From Rhynchopus sp. YZ270_cl-10 (taxonomy: Eukaryota), in NCBI GenBank assembly GCA_964035575.1, contig OZ037845.1, positions 496,001 to 560,000 of the forward strand: a stretch of 64,000 nucleotides of DNA, read 5' to 3'. The position numbers were made by a program, and so were the translations under genes. The notes under the pieces were generated by a model. The model worked only from the letters and a program-made list of their open reading frames with translations. It searched no databases and was not told the DNA's origin. Position 1 is the stretch's first letter, and every line of letters starts with the position of its first letter. Shown here in pieces: positions 11,275 to 21,794 of the stretch.

Positions 11275-12142
11275 TTGTAACTGTGTGGTTTCTGGTTGTT
11301 TAATATCAGGTATTCTTTGGGGGAGTGTGTGTGTGTGGCAGAACGTATCTGATTGTAGACACAGAGCTTCACCTTGGGCACAGTGGTGCTCGTACAGTAC
11401 CAGCTGCATGGCATTGCACAACGGAGCTGTCGGGGGTAATGGTATTTCCTTAGAAGGGGAAAGTAGGAGAATGATTGCTGGCTTTGTGCAGGAACTATGG
11501 TGCGTTACTTTATGGTCATGCAGCTGGGCTGTCCGAGACTCTAGTCAAATGTGCATAATGTTTCATCAGTCAAGAAATAAAGTGTGGTGTGTGATTGTTT
11601 GCGTTGTGTCAGCGGCCGGGTGAGGTTGGAATGTATCTGCCACGTGCAATAAAAAAAAGGGGGGAGGAAGGGGGGACTGAGGTTTGCTTGTTTTGCACAT
11701 CACTTTGTTCCGTGGGGAAAAGTGTGGAGAAACAATGTCGTTCGTAACTCTTGGTATCTTCCGCTTCCCCTTTCTGATGTCAAACACATCATAAGGGGGA
11801 AGGCAAAAGCCGCACCAAAAGGTAGAAGAAAAACCCAAAAAAGCAAAAGAAGTAAGCTGGCGAAGAGAAGATGTGTTTTGGAAACACGGTAAAAAAAAAG
11901 GAAAGCAAAGTTGTGAACGGTAACGTGCAGACGCCTCGTGGACGCACACACAACAAGAAAACCCAAGGTGTGGAGATCAAAGCTAGCTCAATGTCTCCAC
12001 AATAACAGGGCGAGCAGGAAGTGGACGACACATTGTACATCCCTTCCTTCCTTCCCGATCCTGTCCAAAAAATATGAAAGTCGAAGTGAAGGTGAAAGTC
12101 GCAGACATCACCAAAAGGCCCAAAGACACAAAGCAAAACAGC

Positions 12143-12787
12143 TCATGCCTTGAAGACAGTGCGAAGGCCCTCCGCAGACGCGTAGTACTCCTTCACCTTC
12201 GGGTGGTTTGCAACCACAGCCTTGTGTGCAGCAAGGTTCTTGAACGACACCAGTGCGTCCGACGGGATGCCTTCAAAGAACCCAGACACAAGGAAGTGCA
12301 CGGCTGTGAAGACCGACAGGTCTGCCACTGTCAGGGAGTCACCCACAGCGTACTTCTTCCCCGCAAGACGCGAGTCCAGGAAGACAAGCCACTTGTGCAG
12401 GTCCCCACCCTCAGCAACAGCTGTCGCAGCGAATTCCTTCTTCTCCGCATCGTCCGTCAGCGCAAAGAACTTCCCCAGAACTGTGAAGAGCTCCCCTGCG
12501 TAGTCAATCGTCTCGTCCACACTCAGCGCCACACGTGCATCCTCGGGGTACAGGTTCGTCAGTCTCCCGACGTAGCGCAGGATTGCGTTGCTCTGTCCCA
12601 CCACCTCCCCGTCCACGTGCAGAAGCGGCAGCTGCTGTGGGGCCACCTTCGCCTTCAGACTCGCTCCCCACGTTGGGAAGTCAATGTGCTCATCCTCAAA
12701 CGCAAGGCCACCGATGTGTGCAGCAAGACGGACTGCCTCGGGCTTCGTGGGGAAGGGGAAGTAGACAAGCTTCAGGGTCGGTGCCAT
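12143..12787 (-). CDS. gst: Glutathione S-transferase, sigma-like (214 aa)
   Basis: N-terminal catalytic Tyr (KLVYF...EAVRL), QLPLL..DG...QSNAILRY, GDSLTVADL N-capping motif. Confidence 0.93.
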   Translation of the reverse strand: MAPTLKLVYFPFPTKPEAVRLAAHIGGLAFEDEHIDFPTWGASLKAKVAPQQLPLLHVDGEVVGQSNAILRYVGRLTNLYPEDARVALSVDETIDYAGELFTVLGKFFALTDDAEKKEFAATAVAEGGDLHKWLVFLDSRLAGKKYAVGDSLTVADLSVFTAVHFLVSGFFEGIPSDALVSFKNLAAHKAVVANHPKVKEYYASAEGLRTVFKA

Positions 12788-12917
12788 TTTGTGTGGTGAG
12801 GGTGGTGTTGTGTTGTTGAGAATCTGTGTGGGGTTGGTTTCGTTGGGTGAGAAAGGAAGGGCGAGAAGTACTTCCTCTCAAGACACAGGAGACTTGATGT
12901 GTTTCGAGGCAGAAGAG

Positions 12918-13012
12918 AGATCAGAGGTGTCCTAAGGTATTGTAAAGCCTATTCGGGCATCGCTCGTGGAGCTCCGACTGGGGCGGCATATCAGTGGTTT
13001 TCATCACTTCCG
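12918..13012 (-). ncRNA. Box C/D snoRNA, dual guide for LSU rRNA (P-loop Gm, E. coli Gm2251-equivalent; and the G of CAGGUGUCCUAAGG, the SNORD58-type site)
   Basis: Box C GTGATGA 13007-13001; guide ATGCCGCCCCAGT + D' CGGA; guide CCTTAGGACACCT + box D CTGA 12924-12921. Both guides are complementary to conserved LSU sequences and the +5 rule hits a G in each. Confidence 0.85.
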
Positions 13013-13674
13013 AAGCTGCAGTTGTGTGTTGCATCGTGGTGTGATATGATGTAGTTTGTGTGCACAGGTTGCATTGCGGTGACAAACTGCACAGCAGGGG
13101 CTGCACGGATGGGATACTGTGAAGAATACAAGAAAGCGTCATGTCTTTATTTTATCAACTTTGCTGCACATTATTTTCTGGTTGGTTCGGGCGTGCCATT
13201 TTCATTGGTATGTTGCAGAGAAAGGCAAAGCTCACAGAAAAGCGAGCAACTGCACAGTCGCTGTTGACACACACGACAGACATGCCCGGTCACCTCCTTG
13301 TGCAGAAACCACAAACCATGTCGAGGTTAGCAGGGTGGGGAGAGGGGAAACGTGACAGCACTTCATATTGGGTGCCACATCACGTTACCTTCCTTTCCGT
13401 TCCCACTGCTGACCCTCGAAACAAACAAACAAACAAAGACGAATGGACCACACTTGGACTTGGGGCCACACACGTCTGATCAAAAGAGTTGAAGAAAAAG
13501 AGTGAAAACGCAGACAAAAGTGGAGTTAGGGCGGAGATAGAAACGAGAGAAAAATCCCAAAAAACAGCGTTGCGGTGTTCTCTCAAAAAGAGAGCAGCGT
13601 GGGAAATCCCCAAAAAACAAGAACAAAAAAAAATAAATGAAGTGAAGTTCCAGTCTGAGCACCCTGTTACCTTC

Positions 13675-14382
13675 TTACTTCTGGGCAGCAGCGGCAGCAG
13701 CAGCAGCCTTCTTGGCCTCAATAGCAGCCTTGATTCCTGCTGCATTCTTCAACCACTCACCAGACTTCTGGAAGTTTGCACTGTAGCCCTCAACAGACTT
13801 CAACCGCTCAATGTAGGCAAGGATGGACGGGTATCCCTCCAGCAGGTTCTTCCCAATTTTCCCCTGCACAAGGAGGAGCTGGTCCACCTCAGGTGCGAAC
13901 AGGAAGTCCGCAATCGAGATGTTGTCCCCAGCCACGAAGTTCTGCTTCGAGAGGAGGGTGTCGTACAGCTGCAGGGTCGGGGTGACCTTCTCGATGCCTG
14001 CCTTGAGCAGGGCGGGGAACTCCTCGGCAGACGCAAAGAAGCAGTGGGTCACAACCTCGCCACTGATCTTGCGCACTCTGGCCAGGTTCCGTGCCACAAA
14101 CTGCATCACCTTCGCCTGCTGCTTCTTGTCCTTCGGCACAATGGCGTGCCCCTCAGCAAGGTACTGCAGGATCGCAGCACTCTCCTCCAGGAAGAAGTCG
14201 CCCTCCTCGTACGACGGGATCTGGCCGGCAGGGAACTTCGCAACGTAGTCGGGGTGCTTCTGCTCCCCCTTCAGCATCTCAACCGTGCGCAGCTCAACAT
14301 CAGACTTCGCGTAGGCAGCAAACCACGAAACAGAGCGGCAAGGCTGCGAGAAGTCGTGCGAGTTCAGGATTCCGGTCGGCAT
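13675..14382 (-). CDS. gst: Glutathione S-transferase, theta class (235 aa)
   Basis: SQPCRSV theta-type active-site motif, GQIP, LEESAAILQYL, GDNISIAD. Confidence 0.92.
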   Translation of the reverse strand: MPTGILNSHDFSQPCRSVSWFAAYAKSDVELRTVEMLKGEQKHPDYVAKFPAGQIPSYEEGDFFLEESAAILQYLAEGHAIVPKDKKQQAKVMQFVARNLARVRKISGEVVTHCFFASAEEFPALLKAGIEKVTPTLQLYDTLLSKQNFVAGDNISIADFLFAPEVDQLLLVQGKIGKNLLEGYPSILAYIERLKSVEGYSANFQKSGEWLKNAAGIKAAIEAKKAAAAAAAAQK

Positions 14383-14854
14383 CTTGTGTATTTTGTTGGT
14401 TGTTGTGTGAATGTAATACTATTTGCGTATGGTGTATTGAAACTGTACAGCGTGTCAGTATTGGGATGGCATGGGATACTGCGAAAAACATCAAGGAATG
14501 AGAGGGAAAGAAGAAAAAGAAGGGTGAGTGGCATTCATTTATCAATTATCAGATCGTGTTCTACGTGCCTAGTGGTGCTCACAGCAATCCCGGTACTAGA
14601 AATGTCCAAAATATAATGTTACCGTGCAGACGCCTTTTTGGATACAGGCACATGCAAAAAAAGAATAGAACGTTTGAAAAAAATGACGAAAGCCTCTCGT
14701 GCTCAGTCACTTTCAATAGACGTTGTCAGAAAAAGGAACAGGTAAAAGAAACCACAAAGATGAGTGTTGCTTGTGCATGCATCTCCACCTTCACATCGAA
14801 CATGAATGGAACTCACGTTCACACACATTGTCGATAAAGGTAGAAAATAAGATA

Positions 14855-14926
14855 TCCTCTGAACCAGGTACAGGATGGGTATCTAAGAAGATACGTATCC
14901 GCAACCTGCACCATGTGACTGGTCCA
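14855..14926 (-). ncRNA. Candidate single-hairpin AGA-box (H/ACA-like) guide RNA
   Basis: Basal stem GGACCA/TGGTTC directly followed by AGA. Pocket strands GTCACA and CCTGT match SSU rRNA ACAGG-UC-UGUGAU, with a 14-nt pocket-to-box distance. Confidence 0.45.
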
Positions 14927-15860
14927 CAGAACGTTAGAAAACAGGGTAGAGAAGAAGGGGCAGAGGTGTGCAGGGGCACACACCATCAGATCTTGGGAGC
15001 TTGATGAGGAAGCTAAAAGAATGACAACTTGAAACAGGTTATGTGCCCAGGATGTGCACACATTTCATCAAGAAATCGGGGAAAATGGGAAATGGGAAAT
15101 GGGGAGCAAACTAAAAAGGGGTGCTGGGATATTTACGAACAGGAGCAGAGAGAAGCGTGCCGCCATCCAGTGTGTCTCGTGGACATATAATGTCGGCGTA
15201 CTTCTCAAGCAGCTCTTCGCAAAAACGTGACTCCTCCGCACAAGCTCGGGGCTCGTGTTGCTGTAGTACCGTTTGCAGTGACGGGGCAGCACATTGAGAC
15301 ATCTAGCATCTCAGAAGGCATACAAGACCACAGTCAGTTGCAACTAGTACAAACCAACACGCACTCTGCTCAGTGTGTTGCGACACATCCGACTCAGAGA
15401 GATGTGCAATACTGAAAAACACAAGAAAAGAGAGATGTGCACGAAGGAAGCAACTCAACTGGTTAACACTGCAAACCAGTTGACCCATAAATAATGATAT
15501 TATTCTTTCAAAAAAGCAACAGAAACAGGTGAGGGAACACAAAAGCTTTCCTCAAAGCCTTGTGTGCAGAATGCATCACAGGGTTTGAAATAGAAAACTG
15601 TTCAAACTAAACAATAAAAACCCCCACTATCCCGTCTACCCAGCAAATAGGCAAGGTGTGACAAAAAGTAAAACAGACGCTGTGCACATGGCTACAGCGC
15701 CAAAGTAGTGAACAAATAAAGGTTGTATGATACCGAGGCTCATGGTCTTGGTCAGATCGACAACACAAACAACATAATTCAGAACGAAAATGTGAAGACA
15801 ACACCCCACATCCCCCCATTCACCGAATGCACCAGCATCATCCTTTCACAACGAAAACAC

Positions 15861-17036
15861 CTAGAGGCATGTCAGCGAGTCGAGACACGCAATCTTGGTG
15901 CATCCGAGAGCTCCGTCGTTGCAGGAGCAAGTGTTGCAGTCGTTGGTGCCTTCGTCCTTTCCAGTCCATCCGTCAGCAACTACAGTTCCGCACTGAAGGC
16001 TGCAAGTCTTCTGACCACATGGTGCCGAGTCACATCCGATCATAGTGCATCCAAGGACTCCGTCAGTGCAATGGCAGGTATTGCAGTCGTTGGTTCCCTC
16101 GTCCTTGCCTGACCAGCCGCTTGCAACAACAGTTCCGCACTGAAGGCTGCAAGTCTTCTGACCACATGGTGCCGAGTCACATCCGATCTTAGTGCATCCA
16201 AGGACTCCGTCAGTGCAATGGCAGGTGTTGCAGTCGTTGGTGCCCTCGTCCTTGCCTGACCAACCGCTTGAAACTACAGTTCCGCACTGAAGAGTGCAAG
16301 ACTTCTGAGCACATGGCGCCGAGTCACATCCGATCTTAGTGCATCCAAGGACTCCGTCAGTGCAAGTGCAGGTATTGCAGTCGTTGGTTCCCTCGTCCTT
16401 GCCTGACCAGCCGCTTGCAACAACAGTTCCGCACTGAAGGGAGCAAGTCTTCTGACCACATGGCGCCGAGTCACATCCGATCTTGGTGCATCCAAGGACT
16501 CCGTCAGTGCAAGTGCAGGTGTTGCAGTCGTTGGTTCCCTCGTCCTTGCCTGACCAACCGCTTGAAACTACAGTTCCGCACTGAAGAGTGCAAGACTTCT
16601 GGCCACATGGCGCCGAGTCACATCCGATCTTAGTGCATCCAAGGACTCCGTCAGTGCAAGTGCAGGTGTTGCAGTCGTTGGTTCCCTCGTCCTTGCCTGA
16701 CCAACCGCTTGAAACTACAGTTCCGCACTGAAGAGTGCAAGTCTTCTGGCCACATGGCGCCGAGTCACATCCGATCTTGGTGCATCCAAGGACTCCGTCA
16801 GTGCAAGTGCAGGTGTTGCAGTCGTTGGTTCCCTCGTCCTTGCCTGACCAGCCGCTTGCGACAACAGTTCCGCACTGAAGGGAGCAAGTCTTCTGACCAC
16901 ATGGTGCCGAGTCACATCCGATCTTAGTGCATCCAAGGACTCCGTCAGTGCAAGTGCAGGTGTTGCAGTCGTTAGTTCCCTCGTCCTTGCCAGACCAGCC
17001 GCTTGCAACAACAGTTCCGCACTGAAGCTCACAGGA
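15861..17036 (-). repeat. Coding tandem array, 8 x 147 bp near-identical units (plus two diverged units upstream)
   Basis: 49-aa unit xCxLQCGTVVxSGWSGKDEGTNDCNTCxCTDGVLGCTKIGCDSAPCGQK. Confidence 0.95.
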
Positions 17037-17621
17037 CTTCTTTGTTGGGCAAGGCAAGTCAGGGCATGCGATCAGAGTGCAGATGAGGTGTCCGCTCTCA
17101 GTGCAGCTGCATGTGTTGCAGGCGTTGTCACCCTCGTCGTTTCCACTCCATCCGACAGGGACAACAGTGCCACATCCAAGAGTGCAGGTGGTGGGCTCAG
17201 GCTTCGGGCACTCCTTGCTGTTGGGGCAGCCCATCTTTGTGCACGCAAGACCTCCGTTGATGCAGTTGCACATGTTGCAGTCGTTGGTTCCCTCGTCGTT
17301 GCCCATCCATCCGTTTGCAACAACAGTTCCGCACTGCAGAGTGCATGTCTCCTGCTTGGGTTGGACACACAGCGGTGTGTGGAGTGTACCATCGCCCTCA
17401 CACAAAAGGTGGTCTTGACAGTGCTGGGCACTGCATGGACGTGCACCGCCACAGGTCTCACCCTCTGCACGCTTCGGCACACAGACAGAGTAGAACGAGA
17501 GGCAGTGGCCGTACCATTCAAGCGGACGGCACCACTCGCTTGGTGCGCAGTCGTCGTTGGCCCAGCACTGCTGAGCTGAGACAGCCGCAACAGCTGTGAG
17601 GAGCAGTGTCGTGCGTAGCAT
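15861..17621 (-). CDS. Secreted multidomain pacifastin-like serine protease inhibitor (586 aa): signal peptide, IGFBP-like Cys module, 10 inhibitor-like repeats
   Basis: Signal MLRTTLLLTAVAAVSA. Repeats match C..CNxCxCxxGxxxCTxxxC, with P1 positions K, L or M. Confidence 0.8.
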   Translation of the reverse strand: MLRTTLLLTAVAAVSAQQCWANDDCAPSEWCRPLEWYGHCLSFYSVCVPKRAEGETCGGARPCSAQHCQDHLLCEGDGTLHTPLCVQPKQETCTLQCGTVVANGWMGNDEGTNDCNMCNCINGGLACTKMGCPNSKECPKPEPTTCTLGCGTVVPVGWSGNDEGDNACNTCSCTESGHLICTLIACPDLPCPTKKSCELQCGTVVASGWSGKDEGTNDCNTCTCTDGVLGCTKIGCDSAPCGQKTCSLQCGTVVASGWSGKDEGTNDCNTCTCTDGVLGCTKIGCDSAPCGQKTCTLQCGTVVSSGWSGKDEGTNDCNTCTCTDGVLGCTKIGCDSAPCGQKSCTLQCGTVVSSGWSGKDEGTNDCNTCTCTDGVLGCTKIGCDSAPCGQKTCSLQCGTVVASGWSGKDEGTNDCNTCTCTDGVLGCTKIGCDSAPCAQKSCTLQCGTVVSSGWSGKDEGTNDCNTCHCTDGVLGCTKIGCDSAPCGQKTCSLQCGTVVASGWSGKDEGTNDCNTCHCTDGVLGCTMIGCDSAPCGQKTCSLQCGTVVADGWTGKDEGTNDCNTCSCNDGALGCTKIACLDSLTCL

Positions 17622-18017
17622 TGGAGCAAGGTATGTGTTTGTATCAAAAGAGTATCTGTGGGGTGACGTGGCTGAGGTGCTGGGAGGAATATTAGAGTGA
17701 TAATGTGTGAAGTGTGGCGAAACAAAAGGTGCAGAGGGAAGGTGTTGCCCCCCTGTTGCAATTTAGCTTTGGACGTATTCTGTGGCCCAAGCTGCAGTCG
17801 TAATGTGATCATCGCTCTCAAGACGTGATGTGGTGTGTGAATGCACAGGTTGTGGAGTCAGCCAGGGGCGAAAGTTGCTGTGCTGTGCTGTGCACAACAG
17901 CATGTGGTGGAGAGAGGAGCATCTGCGCCCACCTAGACTAGGGATAGAGCGCACATTACAGCACCTTCCCTGTGCGGGCGGCGGTTCAACTTCACAGCAA
18001 GACACAGCAAGCAGTCG

Positions 18018-18121
18018 TAGTCAGATGGCTGATCCTGCACTTTGAGACTCATAATCTATGTCAACACAGGACACGCCTTGCTGGGGCGTGCCTTCAGGAG
18101 TCATTTAAGGTCATCATGAAC
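18018..18121 (-). ncRNA. Box C/D snoRNA; D guide complementary to the SSU rRNA 5' end (UGGUUGAUCCUGC)
   Basis: Box C ATGATGA 18117-18111; D' CTGA 18097-18094; internal hairpin GGCACGCC/GGCGTGTC; guide GCAGGATCAGCCA; box D CTGA 18024-18021. Confidence 0.7.
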
Positions 18122-18170
18122 GTGTGGTGTGGAGTGTGGAGTGTGGTTGTTTGCTTTGGTGTTGTGTCAG

Positions 18171-18246
18171 CAGTCAGGTGAGGTTGGAATGTATCCACAG
18201 CGTTGCTTCGGCTTGGCTAGGGCGGTTCCAGGATTTCATCATGCAC
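18171..18246 (-). ncRNA. Box C/D snoRNA; D' guide complementary to the LSU P-loop region (UUUGGCUGGGGCGG)
   Basis: Box C ATGATGA 18242-18236; 14-nt guide CCGCCCTAGCCAAG + D' CCGA; box D CTGA 18177-18174. Confidence 0.65.
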
Positions 18247-18281
18247 AACAGAGGAGGGGAGGAAAGGTGGTGAACAGAAGT

Positions 18282-18370
18282 GTTTCAGACAAAGCGGTTA
18301 AAGTATGTGCTCATGGTCGAGACTCACATTGGTGCCAGCACTGGCAATTAAAAAGGTTTTCATCATGTTT
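18282..18370 (-). ncRNA. Box C/D snoRNA candidate; guide complementary to SSU GCAGUUAAAAAG
   Basis: Box C ATGATGA 18366-18360; CTTTTTAATTGC; box D CTGA 18288-18285. Third member of a regularly spaced cluster. D' box unclear. Confidence 0.55.
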
Positions 18371-18865
18371 TCGTGTCAATGTTCGGAAGAGAAAAAGGGA
18401 AGGGGTTGGTGTCGTTTTGTTTGTTGGTGTCATCCATGACCTTGAAGATTAAGACACAAGAAGTCAAATCAGAGGAAAGGCAAACCATACAGAAAAGAAA
18501 AAGGTTAAAACCCAAAAAGAAGTAAGTGGTCGAGGTAAGTTGTGTGTTCTGGAAACACAACAAAAGAAAACTTGTAAGAAAGCAAAGTTGTAACCGTGCA
18601 GACGTCTCGTGGACGTGGCACGTAACAAGAAACCAAATGTGAAGAACAACTCCCGTGTACTACACGAGCCGTTCAATAAAACAGGAAGCAGGGAAAATGG
18701 ACAGCACACGCTAAAGCAACGGGTAGAGTGACACCCGTTGTGCAAGGGAGTGGACGGCACAATGCGCATTCCCTCCCTCCTGCCCGTCTGTACAACAGCA
18801 CAAAAGTCAAAGAGAAAAATCGAAGAATGCAGACACGCAAGAAGTCACTGTCATCCCAAAGCAGC

Positions 18866-19510
18866 TCATGCCTTGAAGACAGTGCGAAGGCCCTCCGCAG
18901 ACGCGTAGTACTCCTTCACCTTCGGGTGGTTTGCAACCACAGCCTTGTGTGCAGCAAGGTTCTTGAACGACACCAGTGCGTCCGACGGGATCCCGTCAAG
19001 GAACCCAGACACAAGGAAGTGCACGTGTGTGAAGATCACCAGGTCTGCCACTGTCAGGGAGTCACCCACAGCGTACTTCTTCCCCGCAAGACGCGAGTCC
19101 AGGAAAGAAAGCCACTTGTGCAGGTCCCCACCCTCAGCAATGGCAGTCGCACGGAGGGCCTTCTTCTCATCTTCATCCTTGATCGCAAACGACTTGGCCA
19201 GAACTGTGAAGATCTCCGCTGTGTAGTCAATCGTCTCGTCCACACTCAGCGCCACACGTGCATCCTCGGGGTACAGACCCGCCAGCCTTGCAACGTAACG
19301 CAGGATTGCGCTGTTCTGTCCCACCACCTCCCCGTCCACGTGCAGAAGCGGCAGCTGCTGTGGGGCCACCTTCTGCTTCATACCCGAGCCCCACGTCGGG
19401 AAGTCAATGTGCTCATCCTCAAGCACAAGGCCACCCACGTGTGCGGCAAGACGGATCGCCTCAGGCTTCGCGGGGACGCCGAAGTAGACAAGCTTCAGGG
19501 TCGGTGCCAT
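18866..19510 (-). CDS. gst: Glutathione S-transferase, sigma-like, diverged paralog (214 aa)
   Basis: ATG at 19510 (MAPTLKLVYFGVPAKPEAIRL); collinear with 12143-12787. Confidence 0.93.
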   Translation of the reverse strand: MAPTLKLVYFGVPAKPEAIRLAAHVGGLVLEDEHIDFPTWGSGMKQKVAPQQLPLLHVDGEVVGQNSAILRYVARLAGLYPEDARVALSVDETIDYTAEIFTVLAKSFAIKDEDEKKALRATAIAEGGDLHKWLSFLDSRLAGKKYAVGDSLTVADLVIFTHVHFLVSGFLDGIPSDALVSFKNLAAHKAVVANHPKVKEYYASAEGLRTVFKA

Positions 19511-19645
19511 TTTGTGTGGTGAGGGTGGTGTTGTGGTGTGTTGTTGAGAATCTGTGTGGGGTTGGTTTCGTTGGGTGAGAAAGGAAGGGCGAGAAGTACT
19601 TCCTCTCAAGACACAGGAGACTTGATGTGTTTCGAGGCAGAAGAG

Positions 19646-19740
19646 AGATCAGAGGTGTCCTAAGGTATTGTAAAGCCTATTCGGGCATCGCTCGTGGAGC
19701 TCCGACTGGGGCGGCATATCAGTGGTTTTCATCACTTCCG
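19646..19740 (-). ncRNA. Box C/D snoRNA, identical second copy of 12918-13012
   Basis: Box C 19735-19729, box D 19652-19649, same guides. Confidence 0.85.
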
Positions 19741-20211
19741 AAGCTGCAGTGGTCGCAAAGAAGTACTTGAGTATCAAAACATGGGGGTTGGTGTCGTTTG
19801 TTTTGCACATCACTTTGTTCCATGGAAAAAAGTGTGGAGAAACAATGTCGTTCGTAACTCTTGGTATCTTCCGCTTCCCCTTTCTGATGTCAAACACATC
19901 ATAAGGGGGAAGGCAAAAGCCGCACCAAAAGGTAGAAGAAAAACCCAAAAAAGCAAAAGGAGTAAGCTGGCGAAGAGAAGATGTGTTTTGGAAACACAGT
20001 AAAAAAAGAAAGCAAAGTTGTGAACGGTAATCATGCACCACAAGGTGTGGAGATCAAAGCTAGCTCAATGTCTCCACACCAAGTGTTGCACAGGGTGCGA
20101 AGGACGGCACATTGCATCCCTCCTTCCTTCCCAAAAAATAATATCAAAGTCAAGTGAAGTGAAAGTCGCAGACACATCACCAAAAGGCCCAAAGACACAA
20201 AGCAAAACAGC

Positions 20212-20856
20212 TCATGCCTTGAAGACAGTGCGAAGGCCCTCCGCAGACGCGTAGTACTCCTTCACCTTCGGGTGGTTTGCAACCACAGCCTTGTGTGCAG
20301 CAAGGTTCTTGAACGACACCAGTGCGTCCGACGGGATGCCTTCAAAGAACCCAGACACAAGGAAGTGCACGGCTGTGAAGACCGACAGGTCTGCCACTGT
20401 CAGGGTGTCACCCACAGCGTACTTCTTCCCCGCAAGACGCGAGTCCAGGAAGACAAGCCACTTGTGCAGGTCCCCACCCTCAGCAACAGCTGTCGCAGCG
20501 AATTCCTTCTTCTCCGCATCGTCCGTCAGCGCAAAGAACTTCCCCAGAACTGTGAAGAGCTCCCCTGCGTAGTCAATCGTCTCGTCCACACTCAGCGCCA
20601 CACGTGCATCCTCGGGGTACAGGTTCGTCAGTCTCCCGACGTAGCGCAGGATTGCGTTGCTCTGTCCCACCACCTCCCCGTCCACGTGCAGAAGCGGCAG
20701 CTGCTGTGGGGCCACCTTCGCCTTCAGACTCGCTCCCCACGTTGGGAAGTCAATGTGCTCATCCTCAAACGCAAGGCCGCCGATGTGTGCGGCAAGACGG
20801 ACTGCCTCAGGCTTCGTGGGGAAGGGGAAGTACACAAGCTTCAGGGTCGGTGCCAT
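20212..20856 (-). CDS. gst: Glutathione S-transferase, sigma-like (214 aa), one residue different from 12143-12787
   Basis: ATG at 20856; GDTLTVADL versus GDSLTVADL. Confidence 0.93.
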   Translation of the reverse strand: MAPTLKLVYFPFPTKPEAVRLAAHIGGLAFEDEHIDFPTWGASLKAKVAPQQLPLLHVDGEVVGQSNAILRYVGRLTNLYPEDARVALSVDETIDYAGELFTVLGKFFALTDDAEKKEFAATAVAEGGDLHKWLVFLDSRLAGKKYAVGDTLTVADLSVFTAVHFLVSGFFEGIPSDALVSFKNLAAHKAVVANHPKVKEYYASAEGLRTVFKA

Positions 20857-21794
20857 TTTGTGTGGTGAGGGTGGTGTTGTGGTATTGAGAATCTGTATGT
20901 GAGGTTTTGTTTGTGAGAAATGACATTCGAGTGTATTGCTCTGAAGACATCGATTTTGAGAAACACACAAAAAAAAAAAAAAAAATCTCGCAATACTTAG
21001 CGGCCCTCTCGAGGTTTACGAAGGAAAACCACGGAGGTATTTGAAGCTGCTTGACTCTACTCCTCCTTTCAGCTGAACATCAGAGAATCCCTTTACCAAG
21101 CACTTGAGCACACCCACATCCTCCACTGCTTTCCACCGAGAATGGAAAACCAAGCAATACTGCAAAACCAAGCAATAGAAAGGCTTATAAGATGATCCTA
21201 GCCTCTCGCACTCCATCACCTTAAGGAATAGACTTCTGGGACCATAAAATACTAGACTGAGAATAGGGAGTTACATTGGGGGATGCTAAGTAGTAAGGAA
21301 TATGTTCAACATACTGGCACCAATCTCTTTGGTGCTGTTAGAAAACGACAAAGAAAAAAAAAAAACGTCGGGATTTTGAGAGACAAACTGCACACTTAGT
21401 ATTGGGGTTTTTTTCGGGAACGGGGCGTGGAAAGTCTGGGGTTCCTTCTGTAAAAAAGGAGTCGCCCTACTATTGGCATTAAAATGCCTGCCACCTGTTC
21501 ACCACCCTTTAGAGAGTATGACTGAAGAAAGAATACTGTTTTTCAAACTGCCTCGTAAGGCTCTAGACATTAACGCCACAAAAAAAAATAAATTGGGCTC
21601 AAAAAAGGATCTAAACTTAAAACTTAAGATGACCTCGCGGACACATAATCTTTAAAAAATCTGCACATTTTCTTCAGATTACTCTAAGACTTTAATAGAG
21701 ACAAGCCATTGCCTCAAAAACCCAACAAAATACGACACATTCCATCGTGTAATAAGATGCAAAATGCCCCCCATCCCCTCTCCCCTTATTCTCC

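Noticed and set aside
11563..11569. Other CTGATGA motifs (11563, 21933, 41693) as hammerheads
   Set aside because: No stem II followed by GAAA.
15861..17036. Regular repeats resembling a CRISPR array
   Set aside because: Contiguous 147-bp coding units with no unique spacers; no cas operon; eukaryotic context.
17763..17816. Further C/D snoRNA candidates (also 11490-11570)
   Set aside because: Degenerate box D (CTAA, CTGC) and only short or uncertain rRNA complementarity.
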